The position numbers and the translations under genes are program-made. From assembly GCA_033723415.1 (NCBI GenBank), contig JAWVXD010000003.1, positions 224,001 through 288,000 on the forward strand: a stretch of DNA of 64,000 nucleotides. The letters are read 5' to 3'. Origin of the DNA: Sulfurospirillaceae bacterium. Lineage in GTDB: Bacteria > Campylobacterota > Campylobacteria > Campylobacterales > Sulfurospirillaceae. Numbering within the stretch: the first letter of the stretch is position 1; each line of letters begins with the position of its first letter. Under the pieces are notes generated by a model. The model was not told where the DNA came from. It worked only from the letters and a program-made list of their open reading frames with translations, and did not search any database. Shown here in pieces: positions 1-8,797 of this stretch.

Positions 1-2
1 AC

Positions 3-1775
3 GCTGCCTATTTTGTAAGCGGCTATGAATCTTCAAAGTTAGGAGAGCATGGCATACTTGGTATCATCGGAGAGGATGGTACATTTCTTGTCAGGCGCAG
101 TGGTGAAATCGTCACTGCCAACGACAAGTCTGATTTTGGAGCGCTGAAAATGCATTCTGATAATGAGATGGAAAGCGAAACCACACTTCGAATCAACGCT
201 TGGGATGGAATACAGCGCTACACTAGTGCATACAAAATCTATGGTTTCCCTATGACAGTTATTGTTGGGTTATCCGCAGATGAACAATTGGCGGCTGCTC
301 AGAAAAAGAAACAAGTCTATTTATGGCGGGCAGCAGCCGTGAGCTTTGTAATGCTTCTGATTATCGCGGTGATATGGCGTATAAGCTATCAGCTTGTGTT
401 AAGTCGCCAGCGTGCTGTTAAGGAGCATATCGCCCATGCAGCGCGCGTCGAATATCTTGCCTATCATGACGGTCTAACAAAACTACCGAATCGCAGTTTG
501 TTCAGTAAGCTGTTGGTTGATAGCATTAACTATGCACAACGCTACAATCGAAAGTTGGCGGTGCTATTTTTCGATTTGGATCATTTCAAAAACGTCAATG
601 ATACCCTCGGACACGAGGCTGGTGACCAATTGTTACAAGAAGTCGCTACAAGAGTTAAGGCTTGCCTACGCGACACTGATACCGTTGCTCGGATGGGCGG
701 AGACGAGTTTGTCGCTCTGTTACCGGAATTAAATGAGGAAAAGTACGTAGTGATAGTGGCACAGAAAATCCTTACCGCAGTTGCTTCTCCATTTATTCTG
801 CAAGGTCAGGAATTTTATGTGACAGCGAGTATCGGGATCAGTTTGTATCCTCAAGATGGCATGGATGAGCAGACGCTACAAAAAAATGCTGACACAGCTA
901 TGTATCAGGTGAAGGAAGAAGGCAGGAATAATTTCCAGTTTTATTCAGAAAAACTAAATGCAGAGTCGCTTGAACGTCTCACATTGGAAGCTGGTTTGCG
1001 GCATGCTTTGGAACGAAACGAATTTCAGTTGGATTATCAGACGAAGCAGAATATCGTCAATGGTGAGATCACGGGTATGGAAGCATTGCTACGCTGGCAT
1101 CATCCCGACTTGGGTATCATCGCTCCAATGAAATTCATCCCGATTGCGGAAGAAACCGGATTGATCGTGCCGATCGGCAAGTGGGTACTTAAGAGTGCTT
1201 GTGCGCAAAATGTGGCTTGGCAGAATCAGGGGTTTCCCGCTTTGAGCATAGCAGTCAACCTGACAGTACGACAGTTTTTTTATGAACATCTGTTGAAGGA
1301 TCTCAAGACGATACTCGCTGATACGGGTATGGATGCACACCTGTTGGAGCTGGAAGTCACAGAAAGTATTCTGATACATGACGTAGAAAAAACCATGCGA
1401 GTATTGACCGAGCTAAAGGATATGGGAATAAGGGTTGCAATCGATAACTTCGGTATTGGTTATTCCTCACTTTCTATGCTCGAAAAATTTCCGCTAGATA
1501 CCATTAAAATAGATCGTTCTTTTATCCGTCACATCACCGGTTTCTCCACAGATCATGCCATGACAGACGCAGTTATCGCTATGGGTAGGACGTTGAGTTT
1601 GAACGTCATAGCACAGGGAGTTGAGACAAAGGAACAAGCTGAGTATTTACGGCAGAATGCCTGTGATGAGTTTCAGGGGTTTTATCTCAATAAGCCCTTA
1701 CCGGCAAATCAGATTTCAGAGTTATTACGTAAACAGTCTAATATGACGAAAACTGATACAAACCCATCCACATGA
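3..1775 (+). CDS. Membrane-anchored GGDEF-EAL protein with probable periplasmic Cache-type sensor; 5' end lies outside the window
   Basis: Frame is open from base 3 (AAYFVSGYESSKLGEHGILGIIGEDGTFLVRRSG...) into the track ORF at 150. One TM helix, then HDGLTKLPNR, RDTD I-site, GGDEF, EALLRW. EAL motifs altered (DNFGIGYSS, AQGVET). Confidence 0.9.
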   Translation, partial: AAYFVSGYESSKLGEHGILGIIGEDGTFLVRRSGEIVTANDKSDFGALKMHSDNEMESETTLRINAWDGIQRYTSAYKIYGFPMTVIVGLSADEQLAAAQKKKQVYLWRAAAVSFVMLLIIAVIWRISYQLVLSRQRAVKEHIAHAARVEYLAYHDGLTKLPNRSLFSKLLVDSINYAQRYNRKLAVLFFDLDHFKNVNDTLGHEAGDQLLQEVATRVKACLRDTDTVARMGGDEFVALLPELNEEKYVVIVAQKILTAVASPFILQGQEFYVTASIGISLYPQDGMDEQTLQKNADTAMYQVKEEGRNNFQFYSEKLNAESLERLTLEAGLRHALERNEFQLDYQTKQNIVNGEITGMEALLRWHHPDLGIIAPMKFIPIAEETGLIVPIGKWVLKSACAQNVAWQNQGFPALSIAVNLTVRQFFYEHLLKDLKTILADTGMDAHLLELEVTESILIHDVEKTMRVLTELKDMGIRVAIDNFGIGYSSLSMLEKFPLDTIKIDRSFIRHITGFSTDHAMTDAVIAMGRTLSLNVIAQGVETKEQAEYLRQNACDEFQGFYLNKPLPANQISELLRKQSNMTKTDTNPST

Positions 1776-1811
1776 TGACCAAAGAAGCACTTTTGTGAAA
1801 GATGAATCTGA

Positions 1812-2255
1812 TCATTTTGTGTGGATTACCTTCACACTTTTATCCACAAGCTTATTATTAATGTAACCTATGGCATTAGGATGTTTAGCGATAAATTTCT
1901 TTACTTCAAGACCATTTGTTACTTCAGGCGGTGGCTGACCCCGACCGGTAAAAATAATCTTTGACCAGTATGCTTTGATTTGAGATGGAGACTTGCCGGC
2001 AAATTTCAGATAGAACTCCTCACGCACTGTAGAACCTTCATTTTGATCGATCGGCATGGCTTGATTTCCATTAGGGAAATGGTTAGCCTTGCCCAAGAAT
2101 ATATCCGCGACTTGATTTTTGCTTAGCGTAGTCACAGGATTTTTGGCAGAGATCACCGTAACTACCTCAGCCGATGCGCCAACTGAACCAAAACTTAACG
2201 ACAACCCGATGATAATCAATCCGATGCAATTTGCATTAATTATGAATTGTTTCAT
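1812..2255 (-). CDS. Small secreted periplasmic-binding-protein-like protein (family usually labelled phosphate ABC transporter substrate-binding-like)
   Basis: Signal peptide ending ASA-E; conserved-looking YWSKIIFTGRGQPP and PNAIGYI motifs; start overlaps the porin stop at 2255. Confidence 0.75.
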   Translation of the reverse strand: MKQFIINANCIGLIIIGLSLSFGSVGASAEVVTVISAKNPVTTLSKNQVADIFLGKANHFPNGNQAMPIDQNEGSTVREEFYLKFAGKSPSQIKAYWSKIIFTGRGQPPPEVTNGLEVKKFIAKHPNAIGYINNKLVDKSVKVIHTK

Positions 2256-3475
2256 CAGAATACGAACTCAATCGTGGCACTGAACACGTTAACATTGCCA
2301 CCAGGTTGGAAGCCGGGCTGGGTATTGATCAATAGACCATTCGAACCGGCACCGATGCTGGTATGGTCATATTGTAACTTGAGAGCCGCATTAGTCATAA
2401 AATCCCAGCGCCCGCCTATGGAAACCGTGTTCTGAACAGTCTTTGTTCTCAATATCCCATTGAGGGCCATATTGAGACCAGTAGCAGCGGGAGTAGCTAA
2501 GCCTGGATCTGAGAGATTGTCTGCCGTCGCCTGGGCATAGGTGATGTAGGGTGTAAACTTCCCAAATTGATAGCCTCCGCTCACATACCAGCCGGTTCCC
2601 TTACCACGGAAAGAGCATATTTGTGTGTGGGTCCATTCGGCCATTACGAACCACTTTCCAGGATTGTACGTAGCGCCTACTGTAATGATGGATAAGGGCT
2701 TTTTATTGGTATCGTACTTGTCTGCGAGTGCAATCCCCTGTGGTCCAAATTGTCGGAATGCGTCGAAAAGTGCTTTAACTGAATCGATGGTCAACGTTGG
2801 ATGTTGATAAGCCAAGTGCACAGTTGTGTCATGATATTCGAGAGAATAAGTAACACCCCACGCCTGTTCCGCTTTGGCTGTGCCACCATCCGGTAGAGTA
2901 TTTATGCTCCTGCCGTAATTGGCTTGTATGGTGTGTGTGAAGTCAGATATATGTATGCGGTATTGGATATCAACCCCATCGCTAGAGCTAACCGGCACAA
3001 GGCTGTATACTTCCATAGGAGGACGTACCCAGGGATAGGTGTACGTAACTTTACGTGTTCCTGAAAACAAAAAAGTGGGCAACACTGTACGCCCGACACG
3101 TATACTGAAATTCGGAGTGAATTGATACTTAATATTCCCCCATTCTATATGAGGTCGGTAGGTGTTGTCATAATTTTGCTCCGCTATGACTTGTAAAATT
3201 GCTGTGAACTTTGGGGTAAAATTGGCTGTGACTTGGCCACCGATTAAACTGTCAACATCTGCGCTCCAAGCATGGGTGTAACCAGCGCCGTTGGGTTTGA
3301 ATGAGGAAGAGGTAAAGTCTGCCTTATCTTCACTGGAGTGAACCAAACCTAAGGTGCCAAAGCCGCTAAATGAAAAGACAGGTGCTTCTAGATCGTCGGC
3401 GTTAGCACCTATCGCGTATAGCAACGTTGCAATCAGCGCGATGTGAGTCAGTTTATTTGATATGCTTTTAATCAT
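2255..3475 (-). CDS. Outer-membrane beta-barrel porin-like protein
   Basis: Signal peptide ending ANA-D; FSFSGFGTLG start; amphipathic strands; C-terminal Phe (IEFVF). ATG at 3475 has a GGAG RBS, preferred over the track start at 3502. Confidence 0.8.
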   Translation of the reverse strand: MIKSISNKLTHIALIATLLYAIGANADDLEAPVFSFSGFGTLGLVHSSEDKADFTSSSFKPNGAGYTHAWSADVDSLIGGQVTANFTPKFTAILQVIAEQNYDNTYRPHIEWGNIKYQFTPNFSIRVGRTVLPTFLFSGTRKVTYTYPWVRPPMEVYSLVPVSSSDGVDIQYRIHISDFTHTIQANYGRSINTLPDGGTAKAEQAWGVTYSLEYHDTTVHLAYQHPTLTIDSVKALFDAFRQFGPQGIALADKYDTNKKPLSIITVGATYNPGKWFVMAEWTHTQICSFRGKGTGWYVSGGYQFGKFTPYITYAQATADNLSDPGLATPAATGLNMALNGILRTKTVQNTVSIGGRWDFMTNAALKLQYDHTSIGAGSNGLLINTQPGFQPGGNVNVFSATIEFVF

Positions 3476-3522
3476 GCCTTCTCCATAGTGGGTATTAGCC
3501 ACCTATAGTAACTGAATCAAAG

Positions 3523-3672
3523 GGAATCGTTACCGTTTTTCTAGACAATATTGAGGTCCTCGTAGTATCGTTATTCAAACTCGACTGACAAGAGGTTACC
3601 ATCCTATTATAGATATGCTTTCTGATCTGATTGTAGAATATTTCGATGTAATCGAAGATATTCTACCTTGCT
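3523..3672 (-). mobile_element. Degenerate IS3-family remnant: transposase C-terminus plus right inverted repeat
   Basis: Minus strand reads AR*NIFDYIEIFYNQIRKH and, after a frameshift, GNLLSVEFE*RYYEDLNIV*, resembling IS3 OrfB C-termini (IFDYIExFYNxxRRH...SPxExE). 3523-3548 GGAATCGTTACCGTTTTTCTAGACAA resembles IS3-family terminal IRs. Confidence 0.75.
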
Positions 3673-4029
3673 GTACTGCTAACCTCGATGGCATAAAGAT
3701 CGAAGACTTGAGTTACAAAATAGTCTAGCGAATTGAAGAATATTATACCTAAATAATAATCAATTCGTATATATTCTTCAAGCAATCGTCTGATTATTGT
3801 GAATGAAAAATAGACGTTCCAAATGTTATTGTCATTTTCCATAAATACTACACAAGTGACAAATTACTCTATTCTGTAACTGTACTACCATTGATACGCA
3901 AACGTATATCATATTAATCTACACATCATATGAGTTAAAGTTTTATTATCATATAGTAATAAAATATATCATATCTAGCTATATTAAGGTTGTTTTAATA
4001 CAAATATGTTATCTTATGGACATAGATTG

Positions 4030-4088
4030 TGTAAAAAAATTGCATGATTTGTGTAAAAAAATTACAAAATTAATGTAAAATATTTACA
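4030..4088 (+). promoter_or_regulatory. Three palindromic operator-like boxes TGTAA-N5-TT(A/G)CA upstream of ectA
   Basis: TGTAAAAAAATTGCA (4030-4044), TGTAAAAAAATTACA (4052-4066), TGTAAAATATTTACA (4074-4088); starts exactly 22 bp apart. Confidence 0.65.
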
Positions 4089-4119
4089 TAAAATTGTAAC
4101 AAATTATGGAAAGGCATTA

Positions 4120-4602
4120 ATGGAATTAGAAATAATTTTAAGAAAACCGCAGAAGAGTGATGCAAAACAGATTTATAATCTGGTAAAAAAAACAAAGATT
4201 CTTGATGTGAATTCTGAATATTTGTATTTGCTTCAAGCGACACATTTTAGAGACACATGTTGTGTTGCCCAGGTAGATCATGAGATAGTCGGATTTGTAT
4301 CGGGTTATATTTGTCCTCAGAATAGTGATGTATTATTTGTTTGGCAGGTTGGTGTAGATGATAAATATAGAGGCAAAAATATGGCAGGAAAGATGATTTC
4401 GCACATTTTAGACTCAGAATCATTAAAAGGGATAAAGTATATCCATACTACGATAAGCCCAAGCAACCAAGCCTCACAAAGAGTATTCCATAAACTTGCA
4501 AATGAGCTACATACGGTAATTGCAAAAGAAACAATGTTTGAAGTAAGAGATTTTAATAATGCTCATGAAGATGAAGTATTGTATAAAATCGGCCCTCTAT
4601 AA
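4120..4602 (+). CDS. ectA: L-2,4-diaminobutyrate acetyltransferase
   Basis: GNAT fold with LDVNSEYLY, LFVWQVGV, TTISPSNQAS and HEDE motifs; first gene of the ect cluster. Confidence 0.95.
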   Translation: MELEIILRKPQKSDAKQIYNLVKKTKILDVNSEYLYLLQATHFRDTCCVAQVDHEIVGFVSGYICPQNSDVLFVWQVGVDDKYRGKNMAGKMISHILDSESLKGIKYIHTTISPSNQASQRVFHKLANELHTVIAKETMFEVRDFNNAHEDEVLYKIGPL

Positions 4603-4692
4603 CAATCTCTCACCCACATAAAAATCAATCGGATTATTTGGTGCAACAACAATCATGATATTGAAAATATAAAAAATTATAAAAGGAATAAT

Positions 4693-5970
4693 ATGAGAAT
4701 ATTTGAAGAATTAGAATCAGAAGTTAGAGGTTATATAAGAAGTTTCCCTACTATTTTTAAAAAAGCAAAAGGTGCGATACTGACAGATGAGCAAGATATA
4801 GAATACATAGATTTTTTTGCAGGGGCAGGAACCCTGAACTATGGACATAATAATCAAGCGATCAGTGATGCGCTTATACAGTATCTGCAAGAAGACGGTA
4901 TCGTTCACGGTCTTGACATGGCGACAAGTGCAAAAAAAGAGTTTCTACAAACTTTTCAAGATCTTATTTTGAAACCGAGAAGCCTTGAGTATAAACTGCA
5001 ATTTACAGGACCTACGGGAACCAATGCCGTTGAAACGGCTCTAAAATTAGCAAGATTAGTTAAAAAAAGAAGCAATATCGTCACATTTACGAACGGATAC
5101 CATGGGCTCTCACAAGGCTCACTGGCGGTTACTGCAAATCATGAGTATCGAGATGAAAGTTATATCAACAGGTGCAATGCTTCTTTTATGCCATTTGACG
5201 GATACTTGGGAGATATGAATACATTAGAATACTTTAGAAAGTTTTTAGAAGATGGAAGTAGCGGTGTTGACTTACCTGCCGCCGTGATCGTTGAAACCAT
5301 ACAAGGCGAAGGCGGGATCAATGTCGCGAGTGCAAAATGGCTTCAAGAACTCGAATCTATCTGTAGAGAGTTTGATATTTTATTTATCATCGATGATATC
5401 CAAGTCGGAAACGGTAGAAGCGGCGAATTTTTTTCTTTTGAATTTGCAGGAATTAACCCTGATATGGTCGTATTATCAAAATCTATCGGCGGGGGTCTTC
5501 CTATGGCACTGCTACTTTTAAGACCGGATCTTGATCAATGGAAATCAGGCGAACATACCGGTACCTTTAGAGGAAACAATCTGGCTTTTGTCGCCTCAAA
5601 AGTATCTCTTGAAAACTATTGGCAAAATGATGACCTCTCAAATGCCGTGTTTTACAAAGAAAAGATACTCAAAGAGTGTTTAGAAAACATTGCTGAAAAA
5701 TACAGTGAGCACGATGTAAGAGTACGAGGTAGAGGTCTTGTTTATGGACTTGAATTTAAAAGCGACAAGTCGATCGCAGGTGAATTATCCAAGTATGCAT
5801 TTCATGAAAAACTGATCGTAGAAACCTGTGGAAGTGACGGACAGGTCGTGAAGTTTTTACCGCCGCTTGTTATTGACGAAGAGACACTGAAAGAAGGACT
5901 AAGAAGATTTGAAACCGCTGTAGATAAGCTGTTTGCCGACAAAAAAGACAAACTAAGAGAGGAGTTTTAA
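4693..5970 (+). CDS. ectB: Diaminobutyrate--2-oxoglutarate transaminase
   Basis: FEELESEVRGYIRSFP, DFFAGAGTLNYGHN, DDIQVGNGR, SKSIGGG (PLP lysine), GEHTGTFRGNN. Confidence 0.97.
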   Translation: MRIFEELESEVRGYIRSFPTIFKKAKGAILTDEQDIEYIDFFAGAGTLNYGHNNQAISDALIQYLQEDGIVHGLDMATSAKKEFLQTFQDLILKPRSLEYKLQFTGPTGTNAVETALKLARLVKKRSNIVTFTNGYHGLSQGSLAVTANHEYRDESYINRCNASFMPFDGYLGDMNTLEYFRKFLEDGSSGVDLPAAVIVETIQGEGGINVASAKWLQELESICREFDILFIIDDIQVGNGRSGEFFSFEFAGINPDMVVLSKSIGGGLPMALLLLRPDLDQWKSGEHTGTFRGNNLAFVASKVSLENYWQNDDLSNAVFYKEKILKECLENIAEKYSEHDVRVRGRGLVYGLEFKSDKSIAGELSKYAFHEKLIVETCGSDGQVVKFLPPLVIDEETLKEGLRRFETAVDKLFADKKDKLREEF

Positions 5971-5972
5971 AA

Positions 5973-6365
5973 ATGATCGTAAGAGACATCAAAGATATAA
6001 TTGGAAGCGATAAAGAGATACACGCTACTAAGGGACAATGGAGTAGCAGAAGGATGCTTTTAAAAGATGATAATATGGGCTTTTCTTTTCATGAGACGAT
6101 TATAAAAGCCAACACGAAAACACATATACACTATCAAAATCACTTAGAAGCGGTGTACTGCGTAGCGGGAAACGGAAAGATCGAAGATTTGGCTTCCGGA
6201 GAGGTTTATGAGATACATGATGGAATCATGTATGCACTCAATCATCATGATGATCATAATCTATATGGAGGTAGTGTTGACATGAGACTGATATGCGTAT
6301 TTAATCCTCCGATAAAAGGCACGGAAAATCATGATGAAAACGGAGTTTATCCTTTGGAAGAATAG
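5973..6365 (+). CDS. ectC: Ectoine synthase
   Basis: Cupin with MGFSFHET, YQNHLEAVYC and CVFNPP..G.E.HD..GVY signatures. Confidence 0.97.
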   Translation: MIVRDIKDIIGSDKEIHATKGQWSSRRMLLKDDNMGFSFHETIIKANTKTHIHYQNHLEAVYCVAGNGKIEDLASGEVYEIHDGIMYALNHHDDHNLYGGSVDMRLICVFNPPIKGTENHDENGVYPLEE

Positions 6366-6458
6366 CGATGCTTAAAGGCTCATGATGTACTAAGATAATT
6401 GTTACAACATAAAATTTGAGCACAAATATCAAAAGATAAATTTTTAATAGGAGACAAG

Positions 6459-7352
6459 ATGGAAGATTTATACCCATCAAGAGGGAGTGAAGAAAAGATT
6501 ATAGATAGAATCGATCCTACAGTTTATGGGCAAAAAGTTGTCGGAAAACATAGTTTAGATACTACAGAAATTCAAGATTATAATGAAAACGGTTTTATAG
6601 TATTTCCAAATCTGTTTAAAGCTGATGAAGTCAAAGAAATACTCGATGAGATGGAAAAAATGGCAAAAAATGATAAGTTCTTGAAAAAAGAAGAGTTTAT
6701 TCGTGAGCCTCAAAGTGATGAACTGAGAACTATTTTTAATCAGCATCTCTTTAGTTCTTTTTTTGATAAAGTCTCACGTGATCCTAGGATACTAGACAAA
6801 GTACAACAGCTTTTAGGAGGCGATGTCTATATCCATCATAGTAGAATCAATATAAAACCTGCGTATAAAGGTAAATCATTTCCTTGGCATAGTGATTTTG
6901 AAACGTGGCATAGTGAAGATGGACTTCCCAGATGTAGGTGTTTAACCGCTTGGATCATGTTAACGGACAATACAGAGTTTAACGGTCCGCTATATCTTAT
7001 ACCGGGAAGTCATAAAAAATATATATCTTGCAAAGGGATAACGCCTGAGGATAATTATAAACAATCGTTGAAAAAACAAGAATACGGAGTCCCTAGTTTA
7101 AACGCTATTAAAAAGTTTACAAAAGATAACGAGCTTTTCGGTGCATATGGAAATTCAGGGACATTGGTGATACATGATGGTAATATATTGCATGGAAGTC
7201 CAGATAATATCTCACCAAATCCAAGGACAAATGCATTCTTTGTATTTAATAGCGTTGAGAATAAACCTGAAAGACCATTTGGAGCTAAAAAGAACAGAGC
7301 AAATTTTTTATGCTTAAAAGATTTTACTCCTATACTCAGTACTCAAAATTAG
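6459..7352 (+). CDS. ectD: Ectoine hydroxylase
   Basis: Exact EctD signature FPWHSDFETWHSEDGLP; DLYPSR N-terminus; distal HGS. Confidence 0.96.
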   Translation: MEDLYPSRGSEEKIIDRIDPTVYGQKVVGKHSLDTTEIQDYNENGFIVFPNLFKADEVKEILDEMEKMAKNDKFLKKEEFIREPQSDELRTIFNQHLFSSFFDKVSRDPRILDKVQQLLGGDVYIHHSRINIKPAYKGKSFPWHSDFETWHSEDGLPRCRCLTAWIMLTDNTEFNGPLYLIPGSHKKYISCKGITPEDNYKQSLKKQEYGVPSLNAIKKFTKDNELFGAYGNSGTLVIHDGNILHGSPDNISPNPRTNAFFVFNSVENKPERPFGAKKNRANFLCLKDFTPILSTQN

Positions 7353-7401
7353 AAGTAAGAATAAGAAAAGAACTAAATAGTTCAAATAAAGAAAGGTAAT
7401 T

Positions 7402-8772
7402 ATGAAAGTATGTAAATTTGGTGGAAGTTCCCTCAAAGATGCCAATCAAATTAAAAAAGTTGTTGATATTATAAAAAGTGACAGCGATCGAAAAGTAATC
7501 GTAATATCCGCACCTGGTCGTGATGAGAAGTATGATCAAAAGATCACTGATCATCTTTTAAACTTTGCTACAGGAGGTCAATATTTTCTCGAGCACAAGG
7601 TGGAAGTAACAACAAAACAAAGTTATGATGCCATCATCGCAAAATATGAAAAACTTTGCGATGAACTGAAAATCGATAAAAAATCGATCATAGAACCTTT
7701 GAAAAAAGATCTCAATACGACAAAATTAAAAAATGAGAGAAAAGAAGCTTTTTATCTCTCAAGAGGTGAACATCACAATGCTAAAGTGATGGAACAGTTT
7801 ATGAAACAACAAGGGGTCAATGTAAAACTTATGCTTCCGGAAAAGTTTGGTTTTATATTGAGCGAAGAGTTTAGAAACGGAAAATTATTACGCGAAACGT
7901 ATGACAATGTGCGAAAACAGTTTACTTTTGAAAATAACGAAATTTATCTAATCCCGGGCTTCTACGGAGTCACAAAGAACAATGAGATCGCTGTCATGAG
8001 CAGAGGCGGCTCAGATTTGACAGGTGGTGAATTAGCTTATGCCCTTGATGCAGATCTTTATGAAAACTGGACAGATACGAACGGTGTATATGAAGTAGAC
8101 CCAAGGATAATAGAAGATGCAAATGTGATTCCTAGGCTTACATTTAAAGAACTTAGGTTACTTAGCTCAAAAGGATTTAACGTATTTCATTTTAATGCTA
8201 TGTTAAATTGTAAAAAAAGTAAGATATCGATCAATATACGAAATACGAATAATCCAGAGCATGAGGGGACACTGATACAAAGTGAGCGCGTTCCTATGGA
8301 AGATGTTATAGGTATCGCAAAGCTTGACAATATGGCTTCCATTCATATCCAAAAGGACATGTTAAGTGAAGAGATAGGCTTTACAGCCGAACTTTTAAAA
8401 ATATTTGAAGAATTTGGAATCGGGACTTATCACTATCCGACTGACAAAGATGATATAGCCATACTAGTGGCACAAGAAGATCTCAATGGCAATATCAATA
8501 ACCTTAGAAGAAAGATTGAAAAGCGACTTAAAACAGATAATCTATATGTTACCTATAACCTAGCGATCCTAACTATTGTAGGTCTTGGGATAAAGGAAAA
8601 TACATTTGCTATCGTTGATGCGATCAATGCTTTAAAAGAAAATCATATATCTTTTGAGCTTTTCGATATGAGCCCATCTAAGATATCGTTTCATATCGGA
8701 GTATCACAAAATATCGCCGATGTAGCACTTGATACCTTATATCAAAATCTATTAAAACAGGAAGAAAACTGA
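7402..8772 (+). CDS. Aspartate kinase associated with the ectoine cluster
   Basis: KFGGSS, VISAPG, SRGGSDLTG, NWTD and DPR motifs with C-terminal ACT-like region. Confidence 0.92.
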   Translation: MKVCKFGGSSLKDANQIKKVVDIIKSDSDRKVIVISAPGRDEKYDQKITDHLLNFATGGQYFLEHKVEVTTKQSYDAIIAKYEKLCDELKIDKKSIIEPLKKDLNTTKLKNERKEAFYLSRGEHHNAKVMEQFMKQQGVNVKLMLPEKFGFILSEEFRNGKLLRETYDNVRKQFTFENNEIYLIPGFYGVTKNNEIAVMSRGGSDLTGGELAYALDADLYENWTDTNGVYEVDPRIIEDANVIPRLTFKELRLLSSKGFNVFHFNAMLNCKKSKISINIRNTNNPEHEGTLIQSERVPMEDVIGIAKLDNMASIHIQKDMLSEEIGFTAELLKIFEEFGIGTYHYPTDKDDIAILVAQEDLNGNINNLRRKIEKRLKTDNLYVTYNLAILTIVGLGIKENTFAIVDAINALKENHISFELFDMSPSKISFHIGVSQNIADVALDTLYQNLLKQEEN

Positions 8773-8797
8773 CACTGCATATTCTTTTGTGAAATTT

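Noticed and set aside
3673..3730. Further transposase fragment (VFDLYA) upstream of the IS remnant
   Set aside because: Similarity to the IS3 catalytic region is too short to support, so it is left out of the element coordinates.
4027..4100. 22-bp periodic repeat as a mini-CRISPR
   Set aside because: Units are 15 bp with 7-bp gaps, far too short for repeats and spacers, and no cas genes are present.
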